A stretch of DNA of 64,000 nucleotides from Candidatus Woesearchaeota archaeon (GTDB lineage: Archaea > Nanobdellota > Nanobdellia > Woesearchaeales > UBA583), in NCBI GenBank assembly GCA_965205335.1, contig OZ242164.1, positions 640,001 through 704,000 on the forward strand, given 5' to 3'. Made by a program: the position numbers and the translations under genes. The notes under the pieces were generated by a model. That model was not told the origin of the DNA. It saw only the letters and a list, made by a program, of their open reading frames with translations, and ran no database searches. Positions 9,031-19,102 of this stretch are shown piece after piece (within the stretch, counting starts at the first letter, position 1; each line of letters opens with the position of its first letter).

Positions 9031-11585
9031 CAAGGGCAAATAATTACATCAAAACCATTAGTGCATTGCCAAGAATCGCCAGGAATACTAACACCAGCAA
9101 TTTCTGTTCCTGATATACAGCTACCAAAACTATTACCACATCTCGGTGGAGGAGGAGGAGGAGGTGGAGGACTCACAACACAAGAACCACTAATACAAGT
9201 CCCTGATGAACAATAAGTGCCCGAACAACTTATACTACAGGATTCACAAGAATCAGCATGAGAGCAAGTGCCAGTATATCCTACCGTTTTTCCACATGCT
9301 AAGTTGGAAGGACAAGACACACCACAGGTTCCGCAAGGCTTACCAGCACTACACCGTACTTCCCCACATACACTTCTACAACTCCATTCATATTCTGAAC
9401 AAGAATCAGGTGGATGATAATTATGATCTCCAGAGGAACAGGTGTTTGCACTACTTCCACAACTTGGTATCACATCACAAGGTGGTGGATCACAACTTCC
9501 ACTTGAACACCCATGAGGACAATAAGTTGAAGTTTCACTACAAGAAGAATCTCTTGACTTTGCATAATCTCCATCACACCAAGAACTTGGAGTACAAATT
9601 GGTGGTGCTGGATCACAACTTCCACTTGAACACCCATGAGGACAATAAGTTGAAGTTTCACTACAAGAAGAATCTCTTGACTTTGCATAATCTCCATCAC
9701 ACCAAGAACTTGGAGTACAAGTTGGTGGTGCTGGATCACAACTTCCACTTGAACACCCATAAGGACAATGAGTTGAAGTTACACTACAAGAAGAATCTCT
9801 TGACTTTGCATAATCTCCATCACACCAAGAACTTGGAGTACAAATTGGTGGTGCTGGATCACAACTTCCACTTGAACACCCATGAGGACAATAAGTTGAA
9901 GTTTCACTACAAGAAGAATCTCTTGACTTTGCATAATCTCCATCACACCAAGAACTTGGAGTACAAGTTGGTGGTGCTGGATCACAACTTCCACTTGAAC
10001 ACCCATAAGGACAATGAGTTGAAGTTACACTACAAGAAGAATCTCTTGACTTTGCATAATCTCCATCACACCAAGAACTTGGAGTACAAGTTGGTGGACA
10101 GGAACCACCGACACAAGTCCCAGATGAACAATAAGTGCCTGTTCCTGAACAAATATAATCACAGGAGTTTCCATTACCAGAGCAAGTGCCTGGCACAATC
10201 CCTAATGGACTTGTTCCACAAGTAACACTTGATGGGGATTTACATGTCTCACCTGCATTCTTCCAACAGGTTCCACAGGAAGGAGGTGGAGGTGGACTCA
10301 CAACACAAAAACCACTAACACAAGTCCCAGATGAACAGTAGGTACCTGTTCCTGGACAACTTCTAGTGCAGGAGTTTCCAGTACAAGAGTAGGTACCTGA
10401 TGGGTCTGGTATTGGACTTCCACATAATACACCTGATTTGGAAGCACATGATGGTGCACTACATGTATTAGCAGTACATGAATTACTCTTACAACAACCT
10501 GATAGACAATTGGTACCTGTGCCGACGCAGGTCTTGGTACAGTTTGCACCACTAATGGAGCAAATGCCAGATACATATGGCATTGAAGTCCCACATGATA
10601 CACTGGAAGGAGGATCACAAGTCCCGACACAAGTTCCACAAAGTATTGGTACACAACTACTACCATCACAAATATATGATGAATATGAACATTTGGTGCC
10701 TGTTCCTGGACAAGTTCTAGTGCAGGAGTTTCCAGTATTAGAGCAAGTGCCAGATACAGCTGGTATTGAAGTTCCACATGATACACCGGAAGGAGAAGAA
10801 CAAGTCCCTTGACAGGTTCCACACAGTTTTGCCTTACTACACATACCCGAATTATTTCCCCCATTCAAACCATCACAACGCCATCTGTAGTGGGTGGGGG
10901 TGTCAGTATACGCTCCACCGTTAGATGTCCCACTTGTACAGCCATTTCTTACCGCATTATTGCATATTCCATTCACAGGAGTAGAAGGGATTAATTTGCT
11001 ACACATACTTGAGTTAGTTCCACCATTAACTCCACTGCAATACCATATATGATGAGTTGAATTGGAAGAGGAGTTGTAAATGTTACCAATAATACAAGTG
11101 TCTTTACCCGAACCGCATACGCCATCTTCAGCAGGGAAAGAAATAAAATTTCTACAGCAAAAAGATCCCATTTTGTCATCATCACTGCTATTAAAATTTG
11201 GATCTAATCTGAATCCATAAATGTCATATTCCCCTGAACCAACCTTTGTCCAGCTAGAAGGACAAACTATGCCCCTCGTCCAAGTACAGACTCCCTTTTC
11301 ACACCTCCCTCCAACTTGGGCATCAACGTAATCTTTATTAACTGCATCACTTCCATTTATCGGAGTTGGAACATCAGTTATCTTGCCAGAATCTCTCAAA
11401 CTCAATGTACTGTTTAAAATAAAATCAGGAGAACCTTCGTCACTTCCTAAAACCCCTCCTCTTACGTCAGAGGCATTATGCCAAACACTGTTTGTATCCG
11501 CAAAAACAAGAACTTCTATCCCCGTAAGAACAAAAAGAATGGCAAAAATACTAATAAAAATTCCAAATAAATTTCTTCTAATCAT
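9009..11585 (-). CDS. Secreted/surface Cys-Gly-Ser-rich repeat protein
   Basis: N-terminal hydrophobic signal, PINGSDAVNKDYVD motif, W.C.G.NGG repeats, polyproline linkers, five 41-aa repeats. Confidence 0.85.
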   Translation of the reverse strand: MIRRNLFGIFISIFAILFVLTGIEVLVFADTNSVWHNASDVRGGVLGSDEGSPDFILNSTLSLRDSGKITDVPTPINGSDAVNKDYVDAQVGGRCEKGVCTWTRGIVCPSSWTKVGSGEYDIYGFRLDPNFNSSDDDKMGSFCCRNFISFPAEDGVCGSGKDTCIIGNIYNSSSNSTHHIWYCSGVNGGTNSSMCSKLIPSTPVNGICNNAVRNGCTSGTSNGGAYTDTPTHYRWRCDGLNGGNNSGMCSKAKLCGTCQGTCSSPSGVSCGTSIPAVSGTCSNTGNSCTRTCPGTGTKCSYSSYICDGSSCVPILCGTCVGTCDPPSSVSCGTSMPYVSGICSISGANCTKTCVGTGTNCLSGCCKSNSCTANTCSAPSCASKSGVLCGSPIPDPSGTYSCTGNSCTRSCPGTGTYCSSGTCVSGFCVVSPPPPPSCGTCWKNAGETCKSPSSVTCGTSPLGIVPGTCSGNGNSCDYICSGTGTYCSSGTCVGGSCPPTCTPSSWCDGDYAKSRDSSCSVTSTHCPYGCSSGSCDPAPPTCTPSSWCDGDYAKSRDSSCSETSTYCPHGCSSGSCDPAPPICTPSSWCDGDYAKSRDSSCSVTSTHCPYGCSSGSCDPAPPTCTPSSWCDGDYAKSRDSSCSETSTYCPHGCSSGSCDPAPPICTPSSWCDGDYAKSRDSSCSETSTYCPHGCSSGSCDPPPCDVIPSCGSSANTCSSGDHNYHPPDSCSEYEWSCRSVCGEVRCSAGKPCGTCGVSCPSNLACGKTVGYTGTCSHADSCESCSISCSGTYCSSGTCISGSCVVSPPPPPPPPPRCGNSFGSCISGTEIAGVSIPGDSWQCTNGFDVIICPCVLPIIC
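9481..10098. repeat. Five tandem 123-bp coding repeats
   Basis: gatcacaacttccacttgaacaccc recurs at 9488, 9611, 9734, 9857, 9980. Confidence 0.95.
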
Positions 11586-11932
11586 GAAAAATTCCCCTTT
11601 GAAAAATATATATAAGTTAGTTTAAACTATAAAGTAATGATAAGTTCAAGAAGTCCCACTATGATTAGAATCTGCTATTCAAATGTAGCATAAATAATTT
11701 ATAAAAAAGAATAAAAAATAAAATTTAGCAATTACAGATTAATAATTGCCTTTTTTTTAGTAGATTTGCAGACTTTGATGCTATAACCCTGACCCTTGCA
11801 GGACTATCCTTAAACAACTCAATATAAGAATTCACTGCTGCAACAGGCATATTCATTACTACAATATCAAACACACTAAATAAAGATTTTCACATATTTT
11901 GTAGGCTCAAAAACATGCTCCATGAAAATTAT

Positions 11933-12706
11933 TCACATCTTGGAAATTTCGGTTTTAATTGGATTCTTTATACCTGATTGTTCTTCTTTTGGTCTAAAAT
12001 ACTTTAATATGACTCCTCGAATCAATGGGAATATTTTCTCTGCGAAATATACCATATCATTTTCTAAAGTTTTATAATATGCAAAATCTATATACAACTG
12101 TTGTATTTTTGGATTACTTCTCACATACCTAATATTATGCAGTAACCCTGGGATTATCTTATTTTTATACTCAAAAACATTTCTAAATTCCCATGTACCA
12201 TAGTGCCTCTTTACTTTCTTATTCCCTACAAGAACCTCCCTTACTACAACATCTCTTGCTTGAATATCTAATGCAAACTCAAACCATCCATATTTAGAGT
12301 ATTTACTCTCACACCTTGATTCCCATCTGGTTTCAAACTCCATTGAAGAATCGGGTCTTGTTAACAAAAAAAACTTTTTCTCAAAAATACCAGGAGGTCT
12401 CGTTAGATTCCTCTTAGGATCTTTATACTCACTTAATGGAGCTGAAAACTCAAAAAAATTACCTCTTTTTATTCCATCCTCCGTTCCCCATTTATCCTTA
12501 AACTCATCAAACAATAAATTCTGCATAAGTGTTGCTCTCATCTCCTTATAAAAAGCACCTAAATCAACTTCGCATGTTATATACTCTTTTCTAGAATTTC
12601 TCCTTAACCTAATAGAAATTACACCCGTTTTCTCTACTATTACTTCCTCTCTGAAAATTTTTTTTCTCTCAAGTTTTGGTATAGGATACATATAAACATA
12701 ATACAT
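11933..12706 (-). CDS. Hypothetical protein
   Basis: 257-aa ORF with codon style like neighbouring core genes; no motif recognised. Confidence 0.7.
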   Translation of the reverse strand: MYYVYMYPIPKLERKKIFREEVIVEKTGVISIRLRRNSRKEYITCEVDLGAFYKEMRATLMQNLLFDEFKDKWGTEDGIKRGNFFEFSAPLSEYKDPKRNLTRPPGIFEKKFFLLTRPDSSMEFETRWESRCESKYSKYGWFEFALDIQARDVVVREVLVGNKKVKRHYGTWEFRNVFEYKNKIIPGLLHNIRYVRSNPKIQQLYIDFAYYKTLENDMVYFAEKIFPLIRGVILKYFRPKEEQSGIKNPIKTEISKM

Positions 12707-12777
12707 GTTCTTATCTTTTAAATATTTTTAGTCTCTAAGCATAGGTTTATTAAGTTTGAAATACTAATAAAATATTA

Positions 12778-14427
12778 ATGAGTAATTTAGAAATAATAGA
12801 ATCATTTAGCATTAAAAGTCCAACAAAAAATAACATTGTAAATTTAGTTTTAGAAACCATTGATTTAAACAAACAGGTTTTAATATTTAATTCTTCAAAA
12901 AGTTCAAGCGAAAAAACAGCAGAAGACATTGCAAACTCAATAAAAAAATCAAGTGAGGAATTAGAAGATTTATCAAAGAAAATATTAAAATCTATTCCAA
13001 ATCCAACAAGACAATGTAGAAGACTTGCCAAATGTGTTCTTAAAGGCGTAGCATTTCATCACAGCGGACTTACTTCAAAGCAAAAAACCTTAATTGAAGA
13101 TGCCTTTAAAAGTGGTTTGATAAGAGTCATTTCCTCAACCCCAACTCTTGCAGCAGGACTTAACTTGCCAGCATATAAAGTAATAATCAAAGATTACAAA
13201 AGATACTCTTCAAGAGGTTATAACGACATTCCTGTTCTCGAGTATCATCAGATGAGTGGTAGAGCAGGAAGACCCGGAAAAGAAGAAATAGGAAAATCAG
13301 TTTTATATGTAAAAACAGAAGATGAAATTGATAGAATTACAACAAAATACATATTCGGAAGTCCTGAAGAAATCATTTCAAAACTTGCTGTTGAACCAAC
13401 CCTTAAAATGTATATTCTATCTCTTGTTTCAATGGACATAATAAACACCAAACCAGAAATTGAAGAATTTTTTAAAAGTACTTTGTATGCTTACCAATAT
13501 AAGGATTTAAAAAGTTTGAACCATAATATCTTTAGAATCTTAGACATACTCAAAGAATATGATTTTATCGCGCAAGAAGATGGATATTACATTGCAACAC
13601 CTGTTGGGAAAAAAGTTTCCGAACTCTATCTAAACCCTGACACAGCATACTATTTCATTCAAAACATCCCTAAATTCTTTGAAATTTTTTCAAAACCCAA
13701 TACCACAAAGTATGATGTTTACCAATTATTGCACTTCATTTGCAACACTCTTGAAATGAAACCCTTATTCAGGGTTTTCAAATATGAAGAAGAAAATTAT
13801 ATAAGAAAAATTGAGGACATAGAAGACTCTTATATTACCCAATTTGACCCATTTGAGATGGATTACAATGAATTCATAAACACATTCAAAACCGCAGATA
13901 TACTTGAAGACTGGATTAACGAAGCACCAGAGGATTACATTTGTGAAAAATACAAAATCACCCCTGGGGAACTTAACTATAAAAACGAAGTAGTTGATTG
14001 GTTATTATACTGCTTAGAGGAAATATCAATTATGAAAAAGAATTTCTATTTTAAGAATTTTCTAAACAGACTTAGAATAAGATTCAAAGTTGGAATCAAA
14101 TCCGAACTACTCCCTCTTATCTCATTAAAAGGAATCGGACGTGTTCGCGCCAGAAAACTATTTAATGCTGGTTTGAAGAAAATTTATGACTTGAAAAGAG
14201 CAGAGCATTCAACTATCTCAAGAATTGTTGGGGAAAGCTTAGCTCTAAAAATTAAAAAACAAATATCAGAAGATACTAACGAAAAAACACTGGACTTAGA
14301 CAAAAAACCAAAAGAAATAAAAGTTAGGTCTGTAACAGACGATGAAATTGAAGAATTAATTGAAGCAGAACAAGAATTTGAAAAAGAAAAAATATCAAAA
14401 CAAACAAGTCTCAATCAGTTCTTTTAA
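12778..14427 (+). CDS. Hel308/Ski2-like helicase lacking the N-terminal RecA1 domain
   Basis: GVAFHHSGL, TPTLAAGLNLPA, QMSGRAGRPG, HhH LKGIGRVRARKL; no Walker A or DExH motif. Confidence 0.85.
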   Translation: MSNLEIIESFSIKSPTKNNIVNLVLETIDLNKQVLIFNSSKSSSEKTAEDIANSIKKSSEELEDLSKKILKSIPNPTRQCRRLAKCVLKGVAFHHSGLTSKQKTLIEDAFKSGLIRVISSTPTLAAGLNLPAYKVIIKDYKRYSSRGYNDIPVLEYHQMSGRAGRPGKEEIGKSVLYVKTEDEIDRITTKYIFGSPEEIISKLAVEPTLKMYILSLVSMDIINTKPEIEEFFKSTLYAYQYKDLKSLNHNIFRILDILKEYDFIAQEDGYYIATPVGKKVSELYLNPDTAYYFIQNIPKFFEIFSKPNTTKYDVYQLLHFICNTLEMKPLFRVFKYEEENYIRKIEDIEDSYITQFDPFEMDYNEFINTFKTADILEDWINEAPEDYICEKYKITPGELNYKNEVVDWLLYCLEEISIMKKNFYFKNFLNRLRIRFKVGIKSELLPLISLKGIGRVRARKLFNAGLKKIYDLKRAEHSTISRIVGESLALKIKKQISEDTNEKTLDLDKKPKEIKVRSVTDDEIEELIEAEQEFEKEKISKQTSLNQFF

Positions 14428-14571
14428 TTTTCTATCAAAAAATCCATTCCTTGAATTTTTACAGAACCATTTTAAACTCAATCTCTAAACTAATTTCTAC
14501 AAATCCATAGTTAAAGCTATTACCCACAACAAACAAAAATTTATAATATATCATAACTAAGTTATATTAAA

Positions 14572-15093
14572 ATGAAAAAAGAAAAATACATGTCTTGGGA
14601 TTCCTACTTTATGAATATTGCTATTATCTCTTCCTTTCGCTCAAAAGACCCCAAAACTCAGACAGGTGCATGCATTGTTGATACTAACAAAAAAATCATT
14701 GGAGTTGGATACAACGGACTGCCAAGAGGATGTGATGACGATGACCCAGCTTTTTGGATGGATAAGGATGATTCAGACTTTGAACACTCAAAACACTCAT
14801 ACGTTATCCATGCTGAAAAAAATGCCATTTTAAACTCAATCACAAGAGACTTAACAAATGCAAGTATTTACATAACTCTTCATCCCTGTACAACATGTGC
14901 TCAGGCAATTATTCAGACAGGCATCAAAAAAGTAATTTATCTTCATATCAAGCCCCACCACGAAAAAGAAAACAAAGCAGTAGAAAAAATGTTTAAATCC
15001 TCAGGAGTTGAACTTATTTCATATGAAAACTTAGACATTAAAGACAAAAATATTATAGAAAAACTTGAAAATATAAGAGAGTTTTATAACTAA
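14572..15093 (+). CDS. dCMP deaminase
   Basis: RSKDP, GYNG, HAEKNAI, PCTTC. Confidence 0.95.
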   Translation: MKKEKYMSWDSYFMNIAIISSFRSKDPKTQTGACIVDTNKKIIGVGYNGLPRGCDDDDPAFWMDKDDSDFEHSKHSYVIHAEKNAILNSITRDLTNASIYITLHPCTTCAQAIIQTGIKKVIYLHIKPHHEKENKAVEKMFKSSGVELISYENLDIKDKNIIEKLENIREFYN

Positions 15094-15377
15094 ATCAATT
15101 TCTCATCTGAGCCATCTTCTTTAACTTCATGAACATGAATACAATTAACAGGACAAGACTCAGCCGCATCCATATTATCCTCAAAATCCTCAGTTAAAGG
15201 CTCTTTATTAGAACCTAACAACTCCTCCTCACCATTTCCACTCTTCACATGATTTACAATTGAGGATTTCCCATCATTTTTCATAACCCAATGTTTGGGG
15301 CAAACACTCGCGCACGCAGAACAACCAATACAAATATCCCTATCATGCACAATCTTATATTTCTTTCGCTCAGTCAT
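15090..15377 (-). CDS. Ferredoxin (single 4Fe-4S cluster type)
   Basis: CIGCSACASVCP and AAESCPVNCI. Confidence 0.92.
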   Translation of the reverse strand: MTERKKYKIVHDRDICIGCSACASVCPKHWVMKNDGKSSIVNHVKSGNGEEELLGSNKEPLTEDFEDNMDAAESCPVNCIHVHEVKEDGSDEKLI

Positions 15378-15475
15378 CTTAAAAATCTAATCCTTATAAA
15401 CAATAAATAACAATAAGTATAAAAACCTTACCTAAAACTGGTTCTTTTAATAATTCGAATCTTTTTTCAATTTGA

Positions 15476-17590
15476 TTAATATCGGTTGCTAAATAATCTT
15501 ATGATATAATCTCTCGATTTTTTATGTGGCTTATATTTTTTTAAATGTTTATACAAACTTGGATTAATTGCTTCTTTCACTGCATTACGACTCTTCCCTA
15601 ACACAAATATTTTATGAACTTTTTGGAGATTTCTCAAACCTAAAAGGATTACATTCAAAGCATACAAATCACGATCAACTTCTTCGAGTCTTTCCAAATC
15701 TAAAGAGGTTGCACTACTAGCATCCAAATCACGACCAACTTTTTTGAGTATTCTCAAATTTAAAATGGTTGCACTACTAGCATCCAACTTACCACCAACC
15801 TCTTGGAGACTTAGTAGAGATAGATGAGAGGTTGCACTACGAGCATCCAAATTACTACCAACTGTTTCGAGTTTTTCCAATTTTAAAGAGGTTGCACTAC
15901 CAACATCCAAATTACCACCAACTTTTTGGAGATTTCTCAAATTTGAAAAGGTTGCACTATGAGCATCCAAATTACCACCAACTTCTTCGAGTCCTTCCAA
16001 TTCTAAAAGGGTTACACTATGAGCATCCAAATTACCACTAACCTCTTCGAGACTTGGTAAATATAGAGAGGTTGTACTATGAGCATCCAAATTACCACCA
16101 ACCTTTTGGAGTATTCCCAATTTTAAAGAGGTTGCACTACCAACATCCAAATTACCACCAATTGATTTAAGTTCCTTATATGAAAAAACTTCTCCCTGTG
16201 ATTTATCAGTAATACTACCCTTAATTTCCTCAATTATACCTTTTCTATCATCACTCAGCCATGTAAAATCAAAAATAATCCCTGAATATGATAAGAACTT
16301 CTTAAATACCTCATAATTTCTATCATTAACAGCAAGTTTTCCTTTAATTATAAAGTCTCTCTCATCTAACTCTGAAACACTAACTATCCCTCTCTGTGTC
16401 AGGAATTCATTATCTTTAAGTTTAATATTAACAAAATCTTCTTCTATCTTATTAATATTTTTCTTATTAATCAAATTTTTAAGAAAACTAAGAAATGCTT
16501 TATAATACTCCTCATCACCTTTTAATAAAGTATCTTTCACTTCCTTAATCTGTTGGATCTTCCCATTTACTATATCATATTTTATTATTAATACAATAGT
16601 GTCATCAGATCTTCTAAATAAATATTCCTCATGTTTAATTAATTTCTTAGATTGTTGCTCTAAATGAGGTTCTGAGACCAATTTAACTAATTTATAACCG
16701 TTATCTTCAAATAAAACAACTTCTGGATGAGCATATCTAGGTTCTAATATATCCTCATTTGTTTTATTTTCATAAAATTTTAAAACACTTTTGATGTCTA
16801 TTGAGAGAGTGTCTAAAAATCCTCCATTTACTTCTGGACTCGTTTCATATTCTTCAATTGCATCGCATAATGTTGAAACGTTTATGCCAGTGGGAGGAAA
16901 TTTAGAATTAATAAATCCTGAGAGTTTTACCCTTAAAAGATATTTCTGCTTAGCATCTAATTCATCAAAACCTCTCTTGACCAAACCTTGCTCAACATCA
17001 GCAGCGATGCGGTTAACATCAGCAACGATGCGGTCAACATCAGCAACGATGCGGTTAACATTAGCAATGATGCGGTCAACATCAGCAGCGGTGATATCTA
17101 AATCCTTATTTTTATTATCTCGTGTTGTAATCTTACGTGACCGAAAACGAGATAAAAAACTCCCAGATATGGTTTTTTCTTTATTACCATTTAAACCTGA
17201 CGTCTTAAAAAGGTTGTCTTTAAAATACTTGCTCAATTCAATAATTTCCTCTGCGTAAACTTGAATTTTATTTTCTAAATCAACCTTTTTTGCTTCATCC
17301 TCCTTACTATATAATGAAACGAGATACCTAATACGGACATTTAAAAAGTTGATAAGTTCTTCTTGGGGTTTACGGTCTATTTTCTCGGAAACTTTATTTG
17401 CTATATCTATTAAGTAAGTTAAGTTTCCATGTAATTCATCCTTTTTCTCAATAAACCCATGTAAGTGAGATTTATCAAACTGAGATAATAATTTAGTATC
17501 AAGTTTCTGAAATCTATCTAAAATTATCTTAAATTCGCGAAGCTTCTTTTTTAACTCATATAACACTAAATCAATATTAAGCCCAAGCAT
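15476..17590 (-). CDS. Leucine-rich-repeat protein (20-aa L..VGGNLD..S.T.L repeats) with a heptad insert
   Basis: About 8-9 C-terminal 20-aa repeats; ADV(D/N)RI(V/A) heptads. Confidence 0.85.
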   Translation of the reverse strand: MLGLNIDLVLYELKKKLREFKIILDRFQKLDTKLLSQFDKSHLHGFIEKKDELHGNLTYLIDIANKVSEKIDRKPQEELINFLNVRIRYLVSLYSKEDEAKKVDLENKIQVYAEEIIELSKYFKDNLFKTSGLNGNKEKTISGSFLSRFRSRKITTRDNKNKDLDITAADVDRIIANVNRIVADVDRIVADVNRIAADVEQGLVKRGFDELDAKQKYLLRVKLSGFINSKFPPTGINVSTLCDAIEEYETSPEVNGGFLDTLSIDIKSVLKFYENKTNEDILEPRYAHPEVVLFEDNGYKLVKLVSEPHLEQQSKKLIKHEEYLFRRSDDTIVLIIKYDIVNGKIQQIKEVKDTLLKGDEEYYKAFLSFLKNLINKKNINKIEEDFVNIKLKDNEFLTQRGIVSVSELDERDFIIKGKLAVNDRNYEVFKKFLSYSGIIFDFTWLSDDRKGIIEEIKGSITDKSQGEVFSYKELKSIGGNLDVGSATSLKLGILQKVGGNLDAHSTTSLYLPSLEEVSGNLDAHSVTLLELEGLEEVGGNLDAHSATFSNLRNLQKVGGNLDVGSATSLKLEKLETVGSNLDARSATSHLSLLSLQEVGGKLDASSATILNLRILKKVGRDLDASSATSLDLERLEEVDRDLYALNVILLGLRNLQKVHKIFVLGKSRNAVKEAINPSLYKHLKKYKPHKKSRDYIIRLFSNRY
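15661..16160. repeat. 60-bp tandem coding repeats (one 63-bp unit)
   Basis: catccaaattaccacca...ggttgcacta recurs with a 60-bp period. Confidence 0.92.
16992..17090. repeat. 21-bp tandem repeat, about 4.6 copies
   Basis: aacatcagca(a/g)cgatgcggt(t/c) at 16994, 17015, 17036, 17057, 17078. Confidence 0.92.
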
Positions 17591-17870
17591 AATTTCAAAA
17601 GTAATAAATATGTTTAAATAAGTATGTATTCATTAATGGTTTAGATATAACTAATAAGGTTATGTTAAAAATTAGGGAAGTTTTATTATTTCATCAAATA
17701 CAATAGTAGGTTCTGCAACAGAGTATGTTATAACTAACTTCTAAAATATATTTTTAAAAAGTTATAAAGTAATCATCAACCGATGTGTTATAAAATAGAA
17801 AAGTCCCAAATTCTAAACAGAACCCTAAAACTAAACAATAGAATCTTAAACAAAAATAAAATAATTAAAA

Positions 17871-18596
17871 CTATTCAAAACCATCCTTAAAAATTTTATT
17901 TGCAAGTTCCAAACCTCCCCTTTGCGAAACCCTACCTTCCTTTAAAACAATTACTTCATCAGGTTTAATATATTCAAGAATCTTATTATAATGTGTAATA
18001 ATTAAAATGCCTATCTTCTTCTTTACTCTCACTTCTTCAATGGATTCACAAACCCGTTTTAGAGAATCAACATCAAGTCCTGAATCAATCTCATCTAAAA
18101 TAGCATACTCTGGTTCAAACAAAAGCAATTGCAAAATCTCAGACCTCTTCTTTTCTCCTCCTGAAAAACCTGAATTTACAAACCTCCCCCGAAACTTTGA
18201 ATCAAACCCTAAAATATTCATCTTCTCATTTAATAATTTCATAAACTCACCTATCTGTAAATTAGTTCCCTTAACTGAATTATACGACTGTCTTAGAAAA
18301 TTACTCATAGACACACCAGAAATTTCAACAGGTTGCTGAAAAGACATAAAAAGCCCCTTCTTTGCTCTCTTATCTGAATCAAGTTCAGTTATATTCTCCT
18401 TATCCAATAAAATTTTTCCCTTTACCATATTATACTTGGGATTTCCCATTAAAGCATTAGAAACAGTTGATTTACCTGCTCCATTTGGACCAATTAAAAC
18501 AACAACTCCACCTTTTGGAACATCAAAACTAATATCTTCAAGAATTCTCTTATCATTAACATTTACACATAAACTTCTAACCTCAAGTTTACTCAT
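17871..18596 (-). CDS. sufC: Fe-S cluster assembly ATPase SufC
   Basis: GPNGAGKST, GLFMSFQQP, GFSGGEKKRSEILQ, LDEIDSGLDVD, ITHY. Confidence 0.95.
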   Translation of the reverse strand: MSKLEVRSLCVNVNDKRILEDISFDVPKGGVVVLIGPNGAGKSTVSNALMGNPKYNMVKGKILLDKENITELDSDKRAKKGLFMSFQQPVEISGVSMSNFLRQSYNSVKGTNLQIGEFMKLLNEKMNILGFDSKFRGRFVNSGFSGGEKKRSEILQLLLFEPEYAILDEIDSGLDVDSLKRVCESIEEVRVKKKIGILIITHYNKILEYIKPDEVIVLKEGRVSQRGGLELANKIFKDGFE

Positions 18597-18795
18597 AAAA
18601 TAAATAACTAATACTACTTTATAAAATTAACATAGGATTTAATCCTCTTAATCTTCTTGCCTCTATAACTTCCTTGCACACACCAAAACACAAACAAAAA
18701 CCCTTAGAAATTAATAAGATACATTCCATCCTGCAAAATCAAAAAGTTTTATAAAGCAATCCTCGTTAATTTACATATAGTTAGGGTAAGTTAAA

Positions 18796-19083
18796 ATGAA
18801 AAGAGTTGGGGGATTTAGAAGAAAATCCAGACATAAGATGAGAAAATCTATCTCAGAGAAAGGAAAACTGCACATTAGCAGATTCCTTGGGACATTTGAA
18901 CTAGAAGATAGAGTACTTTTAAAAGCATACTCAAGTTATCAGAAAGGATTATTCTGCCTAAGATTTCACGGGAAAATCGGTGAAATAGTAGGAAAAATAG
19001 GCAAATGCTACAAAGTCCAAATAAAAGATGGAAACCAAAAAAAAGAATGCATTGTTCATCCCGTCCATCTAATTAAAGTTTAG
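18796..19083 (+). CDS. rpl21e: 50S ribosomal protein L21e
   Basis: RFHGKIG, IKDGNQKK, VHPVHL; conserved L21e-Rpo4-DUF655 gene order. Confidence 0.95.
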   Translation: MKRVGGFRRKSRHKMRKSISEKGKLHISRFLGTFELEDRVLLKAYSSYQKGLFCLRFHGKIGEIVGKIGKCYKVQIKDGNQKKECIVHPVHLIKV

Positions 19084-19102
19084 AATCTTAAAAAAATCAA
19101 AA

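Larger units (their letters stand above)
15440..17824. mobile_element. Transposase-less cargo cassette (IS1595-like ends) carrying an LRR gene
   Basis: 8-bp direct repeat CTAAAACT at 15432-15439 and 17825-17832; ends GGTTCTTTTAATAATTCG and (rc) GGTTCTGTTTAGAATTTG match 14/18. Confidence 0.8.

Noticed and set aside
9481-10098. Possible CRISPR array
   Set aside because: Contiguous in-frame coding repeats with no unique spacers; no cas genes seen
9206-10864. Long alternative-frame ORFs (339, 188, 124, 96 aa) over the Cys-rich gene
   Set aside because: Shadow frames produced by the repeats; no independent coding signal
11726-11890. Short minus-strand frame MNMPVAAVNSYIELFKDSPARVRV
   Set aside because: May be a gene remnant but no family recognised
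14428-14468. TIR-like TTGAATTTTTACAGAACC after the helicase
   Set aside because: Partner end and TSD too degenerate; at most an old remnant
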